DNA from: Desulfatiglandales bacterium
Lineage (GTDB): Bacteria > Desulfobacterota > DSM-4660 > Desulfatiglandales > HGW-15
Reading direction: 5' to 3'
Assembly (NCBI GenBank): GCA_963667015.2
Contig: CAXXJJ010000001.1
Coordinates: 2,240,001 to 2,304,000, forward strand
Length of the DNA: 64,000 nt
Shown here piece by piece: positions 7,653 through 18,735 of this stretch. The notes under the pieces were generated by a model. That model was given only the letters and a program-made list of their open reading frames with translations, was not told the origin of the DNA and made no database searches. The translations under genes and the position numbers were made by a program. How positions within the stretch are numbered: position 1 is the first letter of the stretch; every line of letters starts with the position of its first letter.

Positions 7653-9185
7653 ATGACCAAATATCGAGAGATCCTTAGACTAAATAGTCTTGGGATCAAC
7701 CAAAGCAGTACAGCCAAAGGCTGTGGATGCTCAAGAAAGACAGTACGTAAAGTGCTTAATCGAGCAAAGGAACTACAAATTGAATGGCCTTTAAAAGCTG
7801 AGACCACAGATGTTGAACTGAAGAAGCAACTATTCCGGGAAGAAACCTCCAGAGAACCATCACGTAAACACCCTGATTATGATTACTTAGCCAGGGAAAT
7901 GATGCGGAACGGAGTAACCCTAAAGCTTCTGTGGAATGAGTACTGTGAGGAATGTAGACAGAGCAATGAGCTACCCCTCATGTACTCTCAGTTCTGTTTT
8001 CATTATCAGAAGTATTCTGAAAAAAAGCGTGCTACCATGCATATCCCTAGAAAACCGGGGGATCTTACAGAAGTTGACTGGGCAGGAGATACAGCCTCTG
8101 TTATCGACAGAGATACAGGGGAGATTATCCCTGCATATATCTTTGTAGGAGTTCTTTCCTATAGCCTGTACACTTATGTAGAAGCCTTCTTCAAACAGGA
8201 TATGGAAAGCTGGATAACTGCCCATGTTAACATGTATAACTTCTTTGGAGGGACAACACGTATGCTTGTTCCCGACAATCTTAAAGCAGGGGTTGAACGG
8301 AGCGACTGGTATACTCCGGTAATAAACAAAACCTACCGTGAAATGGCCGAACACTATGATACTGCAGTAATTCCCGCACGGGTTAAAAAGCCCAAAGATA
8401 AACCGAATGCTGAAGGCTCTGTAAAGGTGGTATCAGCATGGATTATCGCAGCTCTTCGTAATGAAAAGTTTTTTACTCTGGAAGAGTTGAACAGGGAAAT
8501 AAGCTTTAAACTGAACGGGTATAACCGCCGTAGCTTTCAAAAGAAAGAAGGCAGCCGATACAGTTTCTTTGAGGAAGAAAAGCCATTTATGGCACCGCTA
8601 CCTGCTGCCTCCTATGAACTGGCAACCTGGAAACAGGCCACAGTCCAGTTCAATTATCATATATCTGTAGATAAGATGCAATACTCCGTGCCTTACGAAT
8701 ATATTAAGCAGAAGGTCGATGTGAGGCTAACAAAAAACATTGTAGAGGTGTTTTATCGCAACACCCGAATCTGTTCCCATATGCGTCTATATGGGCGTCC
8801 TGGCCAGTACAGCAGCATCGAGGCTCATATGCCTGAAGATCATCAGAAATACCTGAAATGGGACAAAAGCCGTTTCATAGCATGGGCAGAAAAGATAGGT
8901 CCAAATACTGTTATTGCTATAAAATCCATACTCAACTCCTATAAGGTTGAACAGCAGGGTTATAAAAGCTGTATGGGGATTTTAAAGCTTGCAGATAAAT
9001 ACTCCCTGAATCGTCTGGAAGGTGCCTGTAAGAAGGCTTTATTTTATACTCCTCATCCGAGTTATAAGATAATTAAAAACATACTGACTACAGGTCAGGA
9101 CAAGGTTCCGGATAAAAAACAAAAAGAATCTTCAGCCCCGAATGAGCATGGCTTTACCCGCGGCGCCAAATATTACAGGAGGTAA
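7653..9185 (+). CDS. istA: IS21 DDE transposase
   Basis: N-terminal HTH, EVDWAG, LVPDNLK, KPKDKPNAEGSV. Confidence 0.95.
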   Translation: MTKYREILRLNSLGINQSSTAKGCGCSRKTVRKVLNRAKELQIEWPLKAETTDVELKKQLFREETSREPSRKHPDYDYLAREMMRNGVTLKLLWNEYCEECRQSNELPLMYSQFCFHYQKYSEKKRATMHIPRKPGDLTEVDWAGDTASVIDRDTGEIIPAYIFVGVLSYSLYTYVEAFFKQDMESWITAHVNMYNFFGGTTRMLVPDNLKAGVERSDWYTPVINKTYREMAEHYDTAVIPARVKKPKDKPNAEGSVKVVSAWIIAALRNEKFFTLEELNREISFKLNGYNRRSFQKKEGSRYSFFEEEKPFMAPLPAASYELATWKQATVQFNYHISVDKMQYSVPYEYIKQKVDVRLTKNIVEVFYRNTRICSHMRLYGRPGQYSSIEAHMPEDHQKYLKWDKSRFIAWAEKIGPNTVIAIKSILNSYKVEQQGYKSCMGILKLADKYSLNRLEGACKKALFYTPHPSYKIIKNILTTGQDKVPDKKQKESSAPNEHGFTRGAKYYRR

Positions 9186-9189
9186 AGCC

Positions 9190-9960
9190 ATGATAAATAC
9201 AGCAACCATCAACAAGTTGATTGAAATGCGCATGTCAGCCATGGCAAACGCTTTACGTACACAGATGCAGGATAACTCAATGTATGATTTATCCTTTGAA
9301 GAGCGTATCGGAATGCTTGTGGACATTGAATACGACACTCGTAAAACCAACCGTCTGCATAGGTTGATAAGGAATGCTTCCTTTGACCAGCCTTCAGCCT
9401 CTATTGCTGATATAAATTACAGTTCAGGAAGAAAGCTCAATAAAAGTCTTATTAAACGTTTATCTACCTGTAACTACATTACTGATAGGCACAATGTTAT
9501 GGTCCTTGGAGCTACCGGTGCAGGAAAGTCCTATATTGCATGTGCATTAGGTATGGAGGCATGCAAACACCACTACACTGTGAAATACATCCGCCTCCCG
9601 GAATTGCTTGCGGAACTGGCAATAGCCAGAGGTGAAGGGTGCTTCAAGAAGGTTGTTAATCAGTATAAAAAATACAGGCTTTTAATTTTGGATGAATGGA
9701 TGCTTGTTTCTTTAATCGAAACTGAGGCAAGGGATCTCCTGGAAATAATCCATGCCCGTCATAAAAATGCATCCACTATTTTTTGTTCTCAGTTTGCACC
9801 TGCTGGCTGGTATAAGAAAATAGCAGAATCAACTTTAGCTGATGCCATCCTTGACCGAATTGTTCACGACTCTTACACCATTGAAATACAGTACATTGAT
9901 AAAGATAACGACAAATCCATGAGGGAAGTTTACGGCATTAACAATAAAAAGAAAAATTAG
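9190..9960 (+). CDS. istB: IS21 helper AAA+ ATPase
   Basis: Walker A GATGAGKS, Walker B LLILDEW, ADAILDRIVH; ATG 9190 follows AGGAGG. Confidence 0.95.
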   Translation: MINTATINKLIEMRMSAMANALRTQMQDNSMYDLSFEERIGMLVDIEYDTRKTNRLHRLIRNASFDQPSASIADINYSSGRKLNKSLIKRLSTCNYITDRHNVMVLGATGAGKSYIACALGMEACKHHYTVKYIRLPELLAELAIARGEGCFKKVVNQYKKYRLLILDEWMLVSLIETEARDLLEIIHARHKNASTIFCSQFAPAGWYKKIAESTLADAILDRIVHDSYTIEIQYIDKDNDKSMREVYGINNKKKN

Positions 9961-10707
9961 AAAAAACCTTTAAACTGGTTCCTCTCCGGAACCAATGGGA
10001 CATCCTGTCCGGATTCGTTGGGACCAACTATCCGGACAGGGTGGATTTTTTAACCGGTATATCCACAAAAAGAACAAAAATACGGATGGAGCTGTCAGCA
10101 TTCAGCGATCAGCCATCAGCTAAACCACCGTTTTAAAGGCATTTTGCTGAACGCTGACAGCCGACGGCGTCCATTCAAAAAGGGCCGTTTATGGATGGAC
10201 ACTATTTAGGTGTATTTCGTGTGTTTCGCCTGTCACAAAATAGCCTTGGCGACAGCGGATGGTTAATAGGGTTTTTGTCTTTGGTTTGGCTTAGCGGTTT
10301 ACAAAAGGCAATTAACAAACTAGAAGCTTCTCAGGTATAGGCTTTTGGAGAAGAGTAATAGCCTATTTTATTTTATTCAATTACATTATTAAACAGCGCT
10401 ACCATATTATTTTTGTTAAAATATTTAAATTATACTGTCTAAAATCAGCCTAATTTTATTCCAACTTTCCGAAACAATATCCATATTAAGTCAATTTTTG
10501 TCAGGAGAGTCTTCTTTTCTGTTCATTTTTAGATTATAGAATGGTAAATTCCTTTCAAAATTCAACATCTCATTTTCAACTAAATTTCTAAAGAGTGTTA
10601 TATATACAATAAATTAAACAGTAGACTTCTCGCATATGACCTTTTGTTCCTTCAAAAAACTCAATATATAGCTGTTTTATAGTGTGGATGTAGGAGTTAT
10701 TTTTAAA

Positions 10708-12138
10708 TCAATCAGTTGTCGTAGACCGGTCCCATTTCACCCTTTTTGTGAAATGTTTCGAACTATCGATTACTAAATTATCAGGTATAATTATTTGATT
10801 TTTAGACTGATTTACAAGTTGTATAGCGCCTTTAAAAATGATATTGCCTCCAAATTGAAAATCTCCTTGGATAGCCAAGCTTTCACAATTGATTAAAGAA
10901 GGAATCCCATTGGGAAATCGTGACTCAAAATCATCTAAAAAAGCATAATATTTTTTATCAAGACTAATAGAAAAATGATCGTAATTTCGAGAAGTATTTG
11001 GGACAATACAAAAATCTTTATTTAGAGTGTAGAGGTCAGAACGGATAGTAATAAGATCATTATTTGTTTTGACTGGTGCAAAACGAGATCTTGGAACTCT
11101 TACGGCAGATGAATTATCAAATAAATCAATACCTGCCCCCATCGCAGTCTCTATCTGATATACTATAGGTGAAGACTTGTCTTTAGAATCAATATTTTTA
11201 AGGTTACGTATTATTGGTAGCAGGAGCACCCCATCATTACCTACAAAAAAATCACTTAATGTTTGAAGGTTAATCCACAGATTGTTAGTATTAAAATATT
11301 TATGTCGAGTGGTATCTTGAAATGCTATTAAATCATTTGGAGAGCATTGAGATAACTCTCGTAAAATTAATCTGTTTCCTTTTAGCCAAGCTAAATGGCC
11401 TCCTTTTTGGTCCATAGGTGTTCGGTCAGCTACTTCAAGCATGAAGCTAAAATCATTCTTTATAAAATGTCCTAATATTTTTGGATCTAAGAAAGCTCCA
11501 AGGTTATCTATATTAGAAATAAAAGCATATTTATAACCTGAATTTAGAAGATAATCTAACATATGAGTAGTATAAAGAGATAAATAGATATCTCCATGTC
11601 CAGGGGGACACCACTCTAGCTCTCGATCTTTTGGCCAATCCACAGGAGTTAAATCAGATTCATTTACTTTCGGAACTCTATGTTGCTTGAAAACGAGAGG
11701 CTTTATATTTTTATATTTATATATAATTTCCAGTGAAGCCATTGTATCATCGTGTGTGGCGAAGCTATTCATTAATACGAGTTGCGAACCAATTTGCATT
11801 GCTTGTCGAGCAGTTATATCTAGGAAAGTAAGGCTATCTTTAATAGGGATTAACGATTTAGCTTTATTCAACCCCATACTTGTTCCAAGCCCACCATTTA
11901 GTTTTATGGTAACTGTTTTATTTAAAAATTGTTTACCTATTTCTATTAAGTTAGATGAAAAAGTATCACTATCAGGGAGGGAAGAAACAGGAGTAATGCA
12001 TGACTCTGGAATATAGCCAGTCTCACCATTCTCTAATTGTTTATAATAATGATAGAATGATTTTATTAATGGATGAGGGAGACCATTAATGGCCATTTTT
12101 TCAGCAAAAGGAGTAAAACTCTTTGAAAAAGAAGCCAA
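10708..12138 (-). CDS. UTP--glucose-1-phosphate uridylyltransferase, eukaryote-like UDPGP family
   Basis: KLNGGLGTSMG, EWCPPGHGD, SNIDNLGA, KGGHL, FNTNNLW, RFAPVK; TTG start with GGAGG. Confidence 0.92.
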   Translation of the reverse strand: MASFSKSFTPFAEKMAINGLPHPLIKSFYHYYKQLENGETGYIPESCITPVSSLPDSDTFSSNLIEIGKQFLNKTVTIKLNGGLGTSMGLNKAKSLIPIKDSLTFLDITARQAMQIGSQLVLMNSFATHDDTMASLEIIYKYKNIKPLVFKQHRVPKVNESDLTPVDWPKDRELEWCPPGHGDIYLSLYTTHMLDYLLNSGYKYAFISNIDNLGAFLDPKILGHFIKNDFSFMLEVADRTPMDQKGGHLAWLKGNRLILRELSQCSPNDLIAFQDTTRHKYFNTNNLWINLQTLSDFFVGNDGVLLLPIIRNLKNIDSKDKSSPIVYQIETAMGAGIDLFDNSSAVRVPRSRFAPVKTNNDLITIRSDLYTLNKDFCIVPNTSRNYDHFSISLDKKYYAFLDDFESRFPNGIPSLINCESLAIQGDFQFGGNIIFKGAIQLVNQSKNQIIIPDNLVIDSSKHFTKRVKWDRSTTTD

Positions 12139-12215
12139 AAAAACCTCCTTTAAAAATGGAAATATTATTTTTATTATTTTCTAACATACTATAATTAACG
12201 AGTAACTCTCAGTTC

Positions 12216-12440
12216 CTAAGATTTACTCTGGATTATTCTATCAATTTCTCGAAGCTTTGAAGATAATTCTGATAATTCTTCAGCCTCTCCATTATATTCA
12301 TCATTTATACTATCAGCATAAAAGGAATTCTGATTTGAATAGCGTTCATCGTACCTTCGTTGATTCTCATAGAATTCACTTTGTACTTTAACACGATAAG
12401 CTTTAAGCTCATCAATATTCATTTTAGCTAAATCTGTCAT
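12216..12440 (-). CDS. Hypothetical acidic coiled-coil protein (74 aa)
   Basis: RBS-like GAGGTGAAAGGA; open frame in AT-rich DNA; no recognised family. Confidence 0.5.
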   Translation of the reverse strand: MTDLAKMNIDELKAYRVKVQSEFYENQRRYDERYSNQNSFYADSINDEYNGEAEELSELSSKLREIDRIIQSKS

Positions 12441-13207
12441 AAATTCCTTTCACCTCACATTCATTTATAGTTACATTTTGGGGCACAAATATAGATAATG
12501 ATTTTTAGAAATAATATATTAAATGATATAAATCAATATAAGTAATCAATTTTTTTTTACATTTTTTGGCGAACTTCAAGATGTCTGATTTCTAAATAGA
12601 AATGGGAAGTTGACCTCTCATAATCCCTTCCAACCGATAGGTAAATCTGAGGTTATCCCTTTTATAAGACACTATACCACATATAATCTGGCTATATGGA
12701 TTATGACAATTCTTGTTTAGACTTTTTAATTTGATAATGGGTTATTGACTTAGCTCACCCATTTCTCAAATCATTTGTGAAACAGTTTTTTGACAATTAT
12801 TTTGTCATTGCATATCTATGTGAATTATCAATACAATTTCTATTCGCTAAGCTGTATAGCACCTCGTTATGGAAATTTATTGATTTCATTTTTACTTAAT
12901 CCTTATTATTTGAAATTATTATTTTTTTAAATATTGGGTGAACAGAGTCAATAAGCCATTTGATAATATGTCTTGTCCCAGTGGGAATCTCTTTTATAAA
13001 TAATCCTGAAAATGTTTAAACTTCTTTATCAAGTTGGAATTCTATTGTTCATCTGTCTAATGTCACAATAAAAAATCATGGATTAAACTTGGATTAAAAG
13101 AGATAGTCAAAAATAATATCATATAGTTATTTTCCTTGTTGAACAATTAGGTATAATATTGAATATATAATGTTATTTTTTCTACAAAAAATGATTGAGG
13201 TTATTAC

Positions 13208-14266
13208 ATGATGATAAAAACAGGTGTTATCGGATATGGGTATTCAGCAAAAACATTTCACTTACCACTTATTGTGTCATCAAAACAGTTTGAGCTCTCT
13301 GCTATCAGCACATCTAGGTCTGAGGAGGTAAGGCTAAAATTTCCATCCATATCCATTTTTAACACTGTTCATGATCTAATCACTACTTCAGGAGTTGAGC
13401 TGATTATCATAACTGCTCCTAATGACGTTCATTTTTCTCTGGCAAAAATTTGCCTTGAGAATGGAAAGCATGTTGTCCTTGAGAAACCAATGGTTACAAC
13501 AAGCTCGGAGGCAGAGGAACTGGCTGAATTTGCAGAAACTCAGGGTCTAATTTTATCTGTATTTCATAACCGGCGCTGGGATGGTGATTATTTGACTGTA
13601 AAAAAGATTATTGAAGAAAAATTAATTGGTGACATCCGCTATTTTGAATCACACTTTGATCGGTTCCGTCCAGAAGTCAAAAAAAGGTGGAGAGAAATGC
13701 CTAGAGCTGGAAATGGCATCTGGTATGATTTAGGTTCTCATCTAATCGACCAGGCTGTTTGTCTTTTTGGATTACCGGAGTCATTGACAGCAAGGTGCCT
13801 CTTGTTAAAAAAGAATTCTGAAGCAACGGATTACTTTCATGTCTTACTTCATTACAAAAAGCTTGAGGTAGTTCTTCACGCGAGTTCATTTTGTGCAGGT
13901 CCTAATAAACGTTTTCATATTGAAGGGACCAAAGGGAGTTTTATCAAATACGGGTTTGATCCCCAAGAGTCCCATTTAAAAAAAGGAATGTTACCATCTG
14001 AAACAAATTTTGGGATTGAAGGAAAAGAGAAGTTTGGTACATTGTATAATGGAACGAAAGCCATTAAAGTCGATACTGAGGCTGGCTGCTATCACCAGTA
14101 TTATTCAGGAATCGCTAACGCGATCAACAATAAAAAAGTATGTCCTGTAAAATGTGAAGACGCATTGAACATAATAAAGATTCTAGAACAGGCAGAAATC
14201 AGTAGTCGATCTGGTAAAACTATTAAATTAAACAATCTCAAAACGGATGAGCCTGTTTGCTTCTAG
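13208..14266 (+). CDS. Gfo/Idh/MocA oxidoreductase (YdgJ/IolW-like)
   Basis: GVIGYG, HVVLEKP, VFHNRRWDGD, DLGSHLIDQA, GFDPQE. Confidence 0.92.
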   Translation: MMIKTGVIGYGYSAKTFHLPLIVSSKQFELSAISTSRSEEVRLKFPSISIFNTVHDLITTSGVELIIITAPNDVHFSLAKICLENGKHVVLEKPMVTTSSEAEELAEFAETQGLILSVFHNRRWDGDYLTVKKIIEEKLIGDIRYFESHFDRFRPEVKKRWREMPRAGNGIWYDLGSHLIDQAVCLFGLPESLTARCLLLKKNSEATDYFHVLLHYKKLEVVLHASSFCAGPNKRFHIEGTKGSFIKYGFDPQESHLKKGMLPSETNFGIEGKEKFGTLYNGTKAIKVDTEAGCYHQYYSGIANAINNKKVCPVKCEDALNIIKILEQAEISSRSGKTIKLNNLKTDEPVCF

Positions 14267-14553
14267 TGTATAGGACGAGTAGAACGTATTTCAAAATGTC
14301 AAAACTTATCAATATTAAATACATCCTTTAAACATATTGCTGTTTGGCGTATATTCATAACATAGAGTTATCGAAGGATTTTTTTAATGGTTTTACAGAA
14401 TTGCACGGCAATGTTTAGAAATGCCAAGCCAAGCACTGTTAGAATAGAAAATAAAAACTCATAAAATTCAGAAAAGAATTTATTCACTTTATGTGAGGAA
14501 TGATTAATCAAAACCAAAGGATAGCATAGTTCAATTCAATATCGAGGCATCAA

Positions 14554-15756
14554 ATGACTTATAAAAACACTTACATCAGAACGAGCAGTTATGAGGATAG
14601 TTTCTGGAAGGAATTTGATAGCAGAGAAGCGCGGCGGCGCTTTTGGAATGACCTGTTTAAACGCAGAGGTGAACATCATCTCCTTAACAGCGGATGTGCT
14701 GCAAACAAAGCGATTTATCTTGAAGTGCACCCATATTTTCACGAACAGGACAGGCTGTGTTCCAACAGATGTGTCTGGTGCACCAGAGGGGATGAACGCA
14801 AGGCACTTGAATCAAATGGAAACATTGGTATTGAGCCGGAACGGTTACTAACACTAATTAACCAAATTAGTGAGCATATCCACGAGGGTGTTCTTCTTTC
14901 AGGCAATTGCACCGAACCTTTACAGTATCCAATGATTGATGAAGTTGTGAAGTTAATAAAAAAATGTAACCTCGGTTTTCGCATCAACACAAATTTTTAT
15001 CAAGGTGACAAACTGTTTGATGCCGTTAAACTGCTGGATAAGCGTGACTTCATTCGTGTCAGTTTAGATGGATTTAGTGAAAATGCCTACAACATCTCCC
15101 ATCGCCCGCAGTTTATAGATGCATTTATCCGCACCAAAACCAATGTCGAGGAGCTAATCCAGATTAGAGACAAACTACATAGTCAGTTTGGTATCGGTTT
15201 GACCTGGATTATGACAAAATCAAACACCTTACTGAACGATATTAGAAACGCTCTTCACTGGGCAGAAGGTTTAAAACTCAACTCCATTCGATTTCGTATA
15301 CCTGCAGAGCCGTTGGTAGGAAATGAGTCTTTTTGTAAAGACGATCCATGCCTTACAGTTAATGAGTTGCTTGAACTGAAACAAGAACTACAGACTGACC
15401 TGAGCAGTCTTACATCGGTAAATGTTCAATTTTTAGAGGAACCACACACACCACAGGAAAAGACATTTGAAAAATGTCACTACTACAGAATCATGTCCGT
15501 GCTCGGTGCAAGTGGAATGTTTTTTCCATGTACATCGTTGTCGATGGTCTCGAACAGGAATGATCTGGGTTATGGTGATGTCAACACTCCCGCGTTTGAT
15601 TACCTGAAAACGCGAGATGCATTCATCAAAAAATGGTCATTGTTGAATCCCAAAAAGTTCTGCAATGGTCGGGTCTCAGAGTGCACAAGGTTTGAATTTT
15701 CAGTAAATGAATGGTTAGAGATAGATGAAAAAAAACCTGACCGGATACCTATTTAA
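14554..15756 (+). CDS. Radical SAM protein with C-terminal twitch/SPASM-like cysteines
   Basis: CSNRCVWC, LSGNCTEPL, IRVSLDG, C-terminal CHY...FPC...C....C. Confidence 0.85.
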   Translation: MTYKNTYIRTSSYEDSFWKEFDSREARRRFWNDLFKRRGEHHLLNSGCAANKAIYLEVHPYFHEQDRLCSNRCVWCTRGDERKALESNGNIGIEPERLLTLINQISEHIHEGVLLSGNCTEPLQYPMIDEVVKLIKKCNLGFRINTNFYQGDKLFDAVKLLDKRDFIRVSLDGFSENAYNISHRPQFIDAFIRTKTNVEELIQIRDKLHSQFGIGLTWIMTKSNTLLNDIRNALHWAEGLKLNSIRFRIPAEPLVGNESFCKDDPCLTVNELLELKQELQTDLSSLTSVNVQFLEEPHTPQEKTFEKCHYYRIMSVLGASGMFFPCTSLSMVSNRNDLGYGDVNTPAFDYLKTRDAFIKKWSLLNPKKFCNGRVSECTRFEFSVNEWLEIDEKKPDRIPI

Positions 15757-15758
15757 AT

Positions 15759-17282
15759 CTATGCTGTGGGTTGTTCCGGCAACTTGGTAAATGCATCCTC
15801 TATTCTCTCCGGAGAAAAACGGCCAAGTAACACAAATGCCACTGCACCAAGGCACATTGGCGTGAAATTACTCAACCCTCCTTCATCTTTGATGAATTTG
15901 GTGACATCCTCAGGGATTAATTTACATTTTACTAGACCTTTATGTTCGAAGCAATCTATAATGGGCTTGAGCAGTTTATCCGAATCAATATCCAAACTTA
16001 TTTCACCCAGCATTGCGATTTCATAGTTTACCGTATCTCTGACGAGAGCACGAAATGTTATGTCAGATTCTGTGACATTGTGTCCAAGTTCTTCCTTTAC
16101 TTCATTTGTTGCTGTTGAAAACACGTTTGGTCCGAACGGGCCAATATCTCTGGGGTCACTTACCATTCCACCGGCTGAACAGGCAAATCCCTGCTTGGCA
16201 TGAGAAACTTTATCGATGTTTCTTCTTTGAAAAAAAATGTATTCTTCTCCCCCTTCAATACAAACAACAAAAATATTGACGCTTAACGCATTTGCCAGAT
16301 TTGACTTTCTCGGATTTTGAATGACACTGTTTTCGTATGACCTCAGTTTTTCGCAATCATCCGGGTCCAAATAAGCCCAGCAATGGTTTGAACTTATAAA
16401 AGTATAATAATCGGTTGACTGAACATTCAGTCTGATAGATCGGGTTCGATGAACTTCGTCCCTGTCCGGGATAAAATCGACAACTCGAAACAGTGTGCCC
16501 TCAAAGAGGGTTCTTCCCCTGTTTTTCGCATCAACATCCTGTTTTTTAAAAACTTCTTTAAATTTGTTTCTCCACTTTTTTGGTGGTTGATATTTAACAC
16601 CTTCAACATCAATCCGGATTGGAGATTTACCTGACTTTAACTTGTAAATATATCGTCCATCTCCTTCCAGGGGAAGGACAGGGATGTTGATTCGTTGAAA
16701 AAAGTCTTTCAGCAGTTTCCCGCTTCCTCCTTTTATATTTTCCAGATATTGTTTGATTGCAGTAGTAAGTTCACTTTGCAGAAAATTACCGCCGGAGTAA
16801 AAAATAATATATTTATTTCTTATATTAAAATGCGGACGTTCTGTGTTTGCGCGATGAACCAAAAAAATGGTCTTATTGTGGGCAAAAGCATAGCCCAACT
16901 CGAAATAGACATTGGGCCTATTGCCAGTAGTATCGCAAACCACGTATGCCGCGTTTCTGATGCGAACAAGTATTTCTTCATCCAGGGAGCCATCAACATT
17001 TTTTATGCCATCAATACGAAGCTGTTCAACCAGATTATCGGCAATTTGTGATGCCTCGCATATTGCCCCCTTAATTCCTCCTAAGGCATCTTTACTTTCA
17101 TTACTACCGTCAAAGTTCATCAATATAATCGGGAGTGAATTAATGTCCAAGATATCCACCTTTCGTTGACAATCGGCGAAAATAGTATGTTTGGTAAGAA
17201 TTCCCTTTTTTGATGATAAAATATATTGAGTAGCGAGTTGTATGTCAACATAAAATCCCAAAATCCGACATTGACGCTTCAC
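15759..17282 (-). CDS. Nucleoside 2-deoxyribosyltransferase-like domain fused to Nudix-like domain (start uncertain)
   Basis: IRNAAYVVCDTTGNRPNVYFELGYA; C-terminal FQRR...SAGG...TATNEVKEELG. Confidence 0.7.
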   Translation of the reverse strand: MKRQCRILGFYVDIQLATQYILSSKKGILTKHTIFADCQRKVDILDINSLPIILMNFDGSNESKDALGGIKGAICEASQIADNLVEQLRIDGIKNVDGSLDEEILVRIRNAAYVVCDTTGNRPNVYFELGYAFAHNKTIFLVHRANTERPHFNIRNKYIIFYSGGNFLQSELTTAIKQYLENIKGGSGKLLKDFFQRINIPVLPLEGDGRYIYKLKSGKSPIRIDVEGVKYQPPKKWRNKFKEVFKKQDVDAKNRGRTLFEGTLFRVVDFIPDRDEVHRTRSIRLNVQSTDYYTFISSNHCWAYLDPDDCEKLRSYENSVIQNPRKSNLANALSVNIFVVCIEGGEEYIFFQRRNIDKVSHAKQGFACSAGGMVSDPRDIGPFGPNVFSTATNEVKEELGHNVTESDITFRALVRDTVNYEIAMLGEISLDIDSDKLLKPIIDCFEHKGLVKCKLIPEDVTKFIKDEGGLSNFTPMCLGAVAFVLLGRFSPERIEDAFTKLPEQPTA

Positions 17283-17456
17283 AGCTCTCTAGATTTTAAA
17301 TTTCAAGTCAAAAAAAAGAGTATAGAAGGCCTACGCTATGCTTTTTTTACTATTTTATTTACCTACAACCAAGTCCAGCCTAATATTCCCTAGCTTCGGA
17401 CATATTTGTCCCCCTTTAGCCGTTACAATATAAAACAATATGATACTTTCATTGCA

Positions 17457-17766
17457 TTAGGTATTCGTAAACTCCCAGGTCCTTACTCTGATATCATTAA
17501 ATAGCCCAAGAAAGACTCTTTTTACTTTGAGGTATACTTGCCCTCCGTGAAACACTATCTTTCCTGCGGTCTGATATATTCTCCATCTGATCGTTTGAAC
17601 CTGATAAGTATGCCAGTTCTTATCCATGGTTTTTAGGATAAAGAGACGATACGCATTATAAGCAAGAACTCCTATCCTAAAGAATACTGCATTAGCTCCT
17701 GTTTGACCACAAGGCATTCTTTCCATACCAAAACCTATCTTCAGGTCCTTTATTCGGTTTTCACTG
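17457..17766 (-). pseudogene. IS1380-family transposase, C-terminal fragment
   Basis: SENRIKDLKIGFG.ERMPCGQ..ANA.FFRIGVLAYN; cut off next to the RAYT-type TIR. Confidence 0.8.
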
Positions 17767-17791
17767 AGTAATGGTTTAATGGGGTTGGTTT

Positions 17792-18735
17792 AATGGGGTC
17801 GGACCAAGTTAACTTATTGATTATTATAGTTAAACGTTCCATAAATGACTGTTTTCAAGGCTTATATCGCCTTTTTCAGCCTCAAAATGAGCATTATACA
17901 AGCCAGCAGGTTCTCGAAGTTGATATGAATCTCCATCACTATTACTTTTTCGTCCGATAGCATTTATACCCATCAATGATTTAAGCCTCCTGACAAAACC
18001 TTCGTTTCCAACAGCAATACTTTTTGTCCATCTGTCATCACGTTTATTGTTTCCGTTATACAGATACTCTTCTACCCATCTTTTTTGATAATTCATTACT
18101 TCATCGTAAGATTCAAAGCCTAAAAGCTTAGTGAGTTTTCTATAATTAATAAGGATATTTTTCTTTCTCGGTTTTTGTATTTCATTATATCCACAAAAAG
18201 ACCATTCCGATGGATGTTCCACAACTCCTGCCCGTACCATGTTAAGATCTATATATACAAGGCACTTTGAAAGATGTTCACCGCTTTCGACTGCTGTCGC
18301 ATGGTATCTGTCTTCCCAGAATGCCCCTTTTCTTTTTTTGCGTCGATTGAATTCCTGACCTGTCCTCCCAGCTATCAGCTTAATGGAATTCGGAATAACA
18401 TCACGATCTTCTCCTCCGACTACAAGAAGGTGTATATGGTTTGAAGTCACTGAATAATTCAATATCTCTAAATCATATCTTTTCCTGGCTTCATACAACC
18501 ATTGAAGCCATCTCTTTCGATCCTTATCAAATTTAAGCAGGAATTCTCTCTTATGACATCTATGGGTGATATGCCAAACTTGGTTCGGTATATAGTGACG
18601 ATTTGCTCTTGCCATTGTTATGTTTTTGTATATGCTCCTTTTTCCTGCCAAAAAGGCGCATATAGGCGCTAAATACACCCTCTTTTTTATTATATTTTAT
18701 TTAATTCCAGTAAGTTAGCTTGGTCCGACCCCATT
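17792..18735 (-). mobile_element. RAYT-type element bounded by 25-bp inverted repeats
   Basis: AATGGGGTCGGACCAAGTTAACTTA (17792-17816) and TAAGTTAGCTTGGTCCGACCCCATT (18711-18735), 24/25 match. Confidence 0.85.
17830..18615 (-). CDS. REP-associated Y1 HUH transposase (RAYT-like)
   Basis: MARANR..WHITHRC, SNHIHL, GAFWEDRY, YIDLNMVRAG..HPSEW. Confidence 0.9.
   Translation of the reverse strand: MARANRHYIPNQVWHITHRCHKREFLLKFDKDRKRWLQWLYEARKRYDLEILNYSVTSNHIHLLVVGGEDRDVIPNSIKLIAGRTGQEFNRRKKRKGAFWEDRYHATAVESGEHLSKCLVYIDLNMVRAGVVEHPSEWSFCGYNEIQKPRKKNILINYRKLTKLLGFESYDEVMNYQKRWVEEYLYNGNNKRDDRWTKSIAVGNEGFVRRLKSLMGINAIGRKSNSDGDSYQLREPAGLYNAHFEAEKGDISLENSHLWNV

Larger units (their letters stand above)
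7489..10065 (+). mobile_element. IS21-family insertion sequence, complete
   Basis: TGGATATTCCGG / CCGGTATATCCA terminal IR, multiple subterminal repeats, 5-bp target duplication CAAAA at 7484-7488 and 10066-10070. Confidence 0.93.
7474..10203. mobile_element. MITE interrupted by IS21
   Basis: Ends AGTGCCCATCCA and TGGATGGACACT, flanked by ATTT on both sides; same ends as 29321-29498. Confidence 0.75.

Noticed and set aside
10205..10700. Degenerate gene or IS remnant in AT-rich spacer
   Set aside because: No convincing frame or terminal repeat by eye
12441..13200. Long noncoding stretch as ncRNA or origin
   Set aside because: No repeats, DnaA-box cluster or stable structure evident
14554..15756. 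Prokaryotic viperin call
   Set aside because: Longer than typical viperins, with a C-terminal Cys domain and no viperin-specific motifs I can recognise
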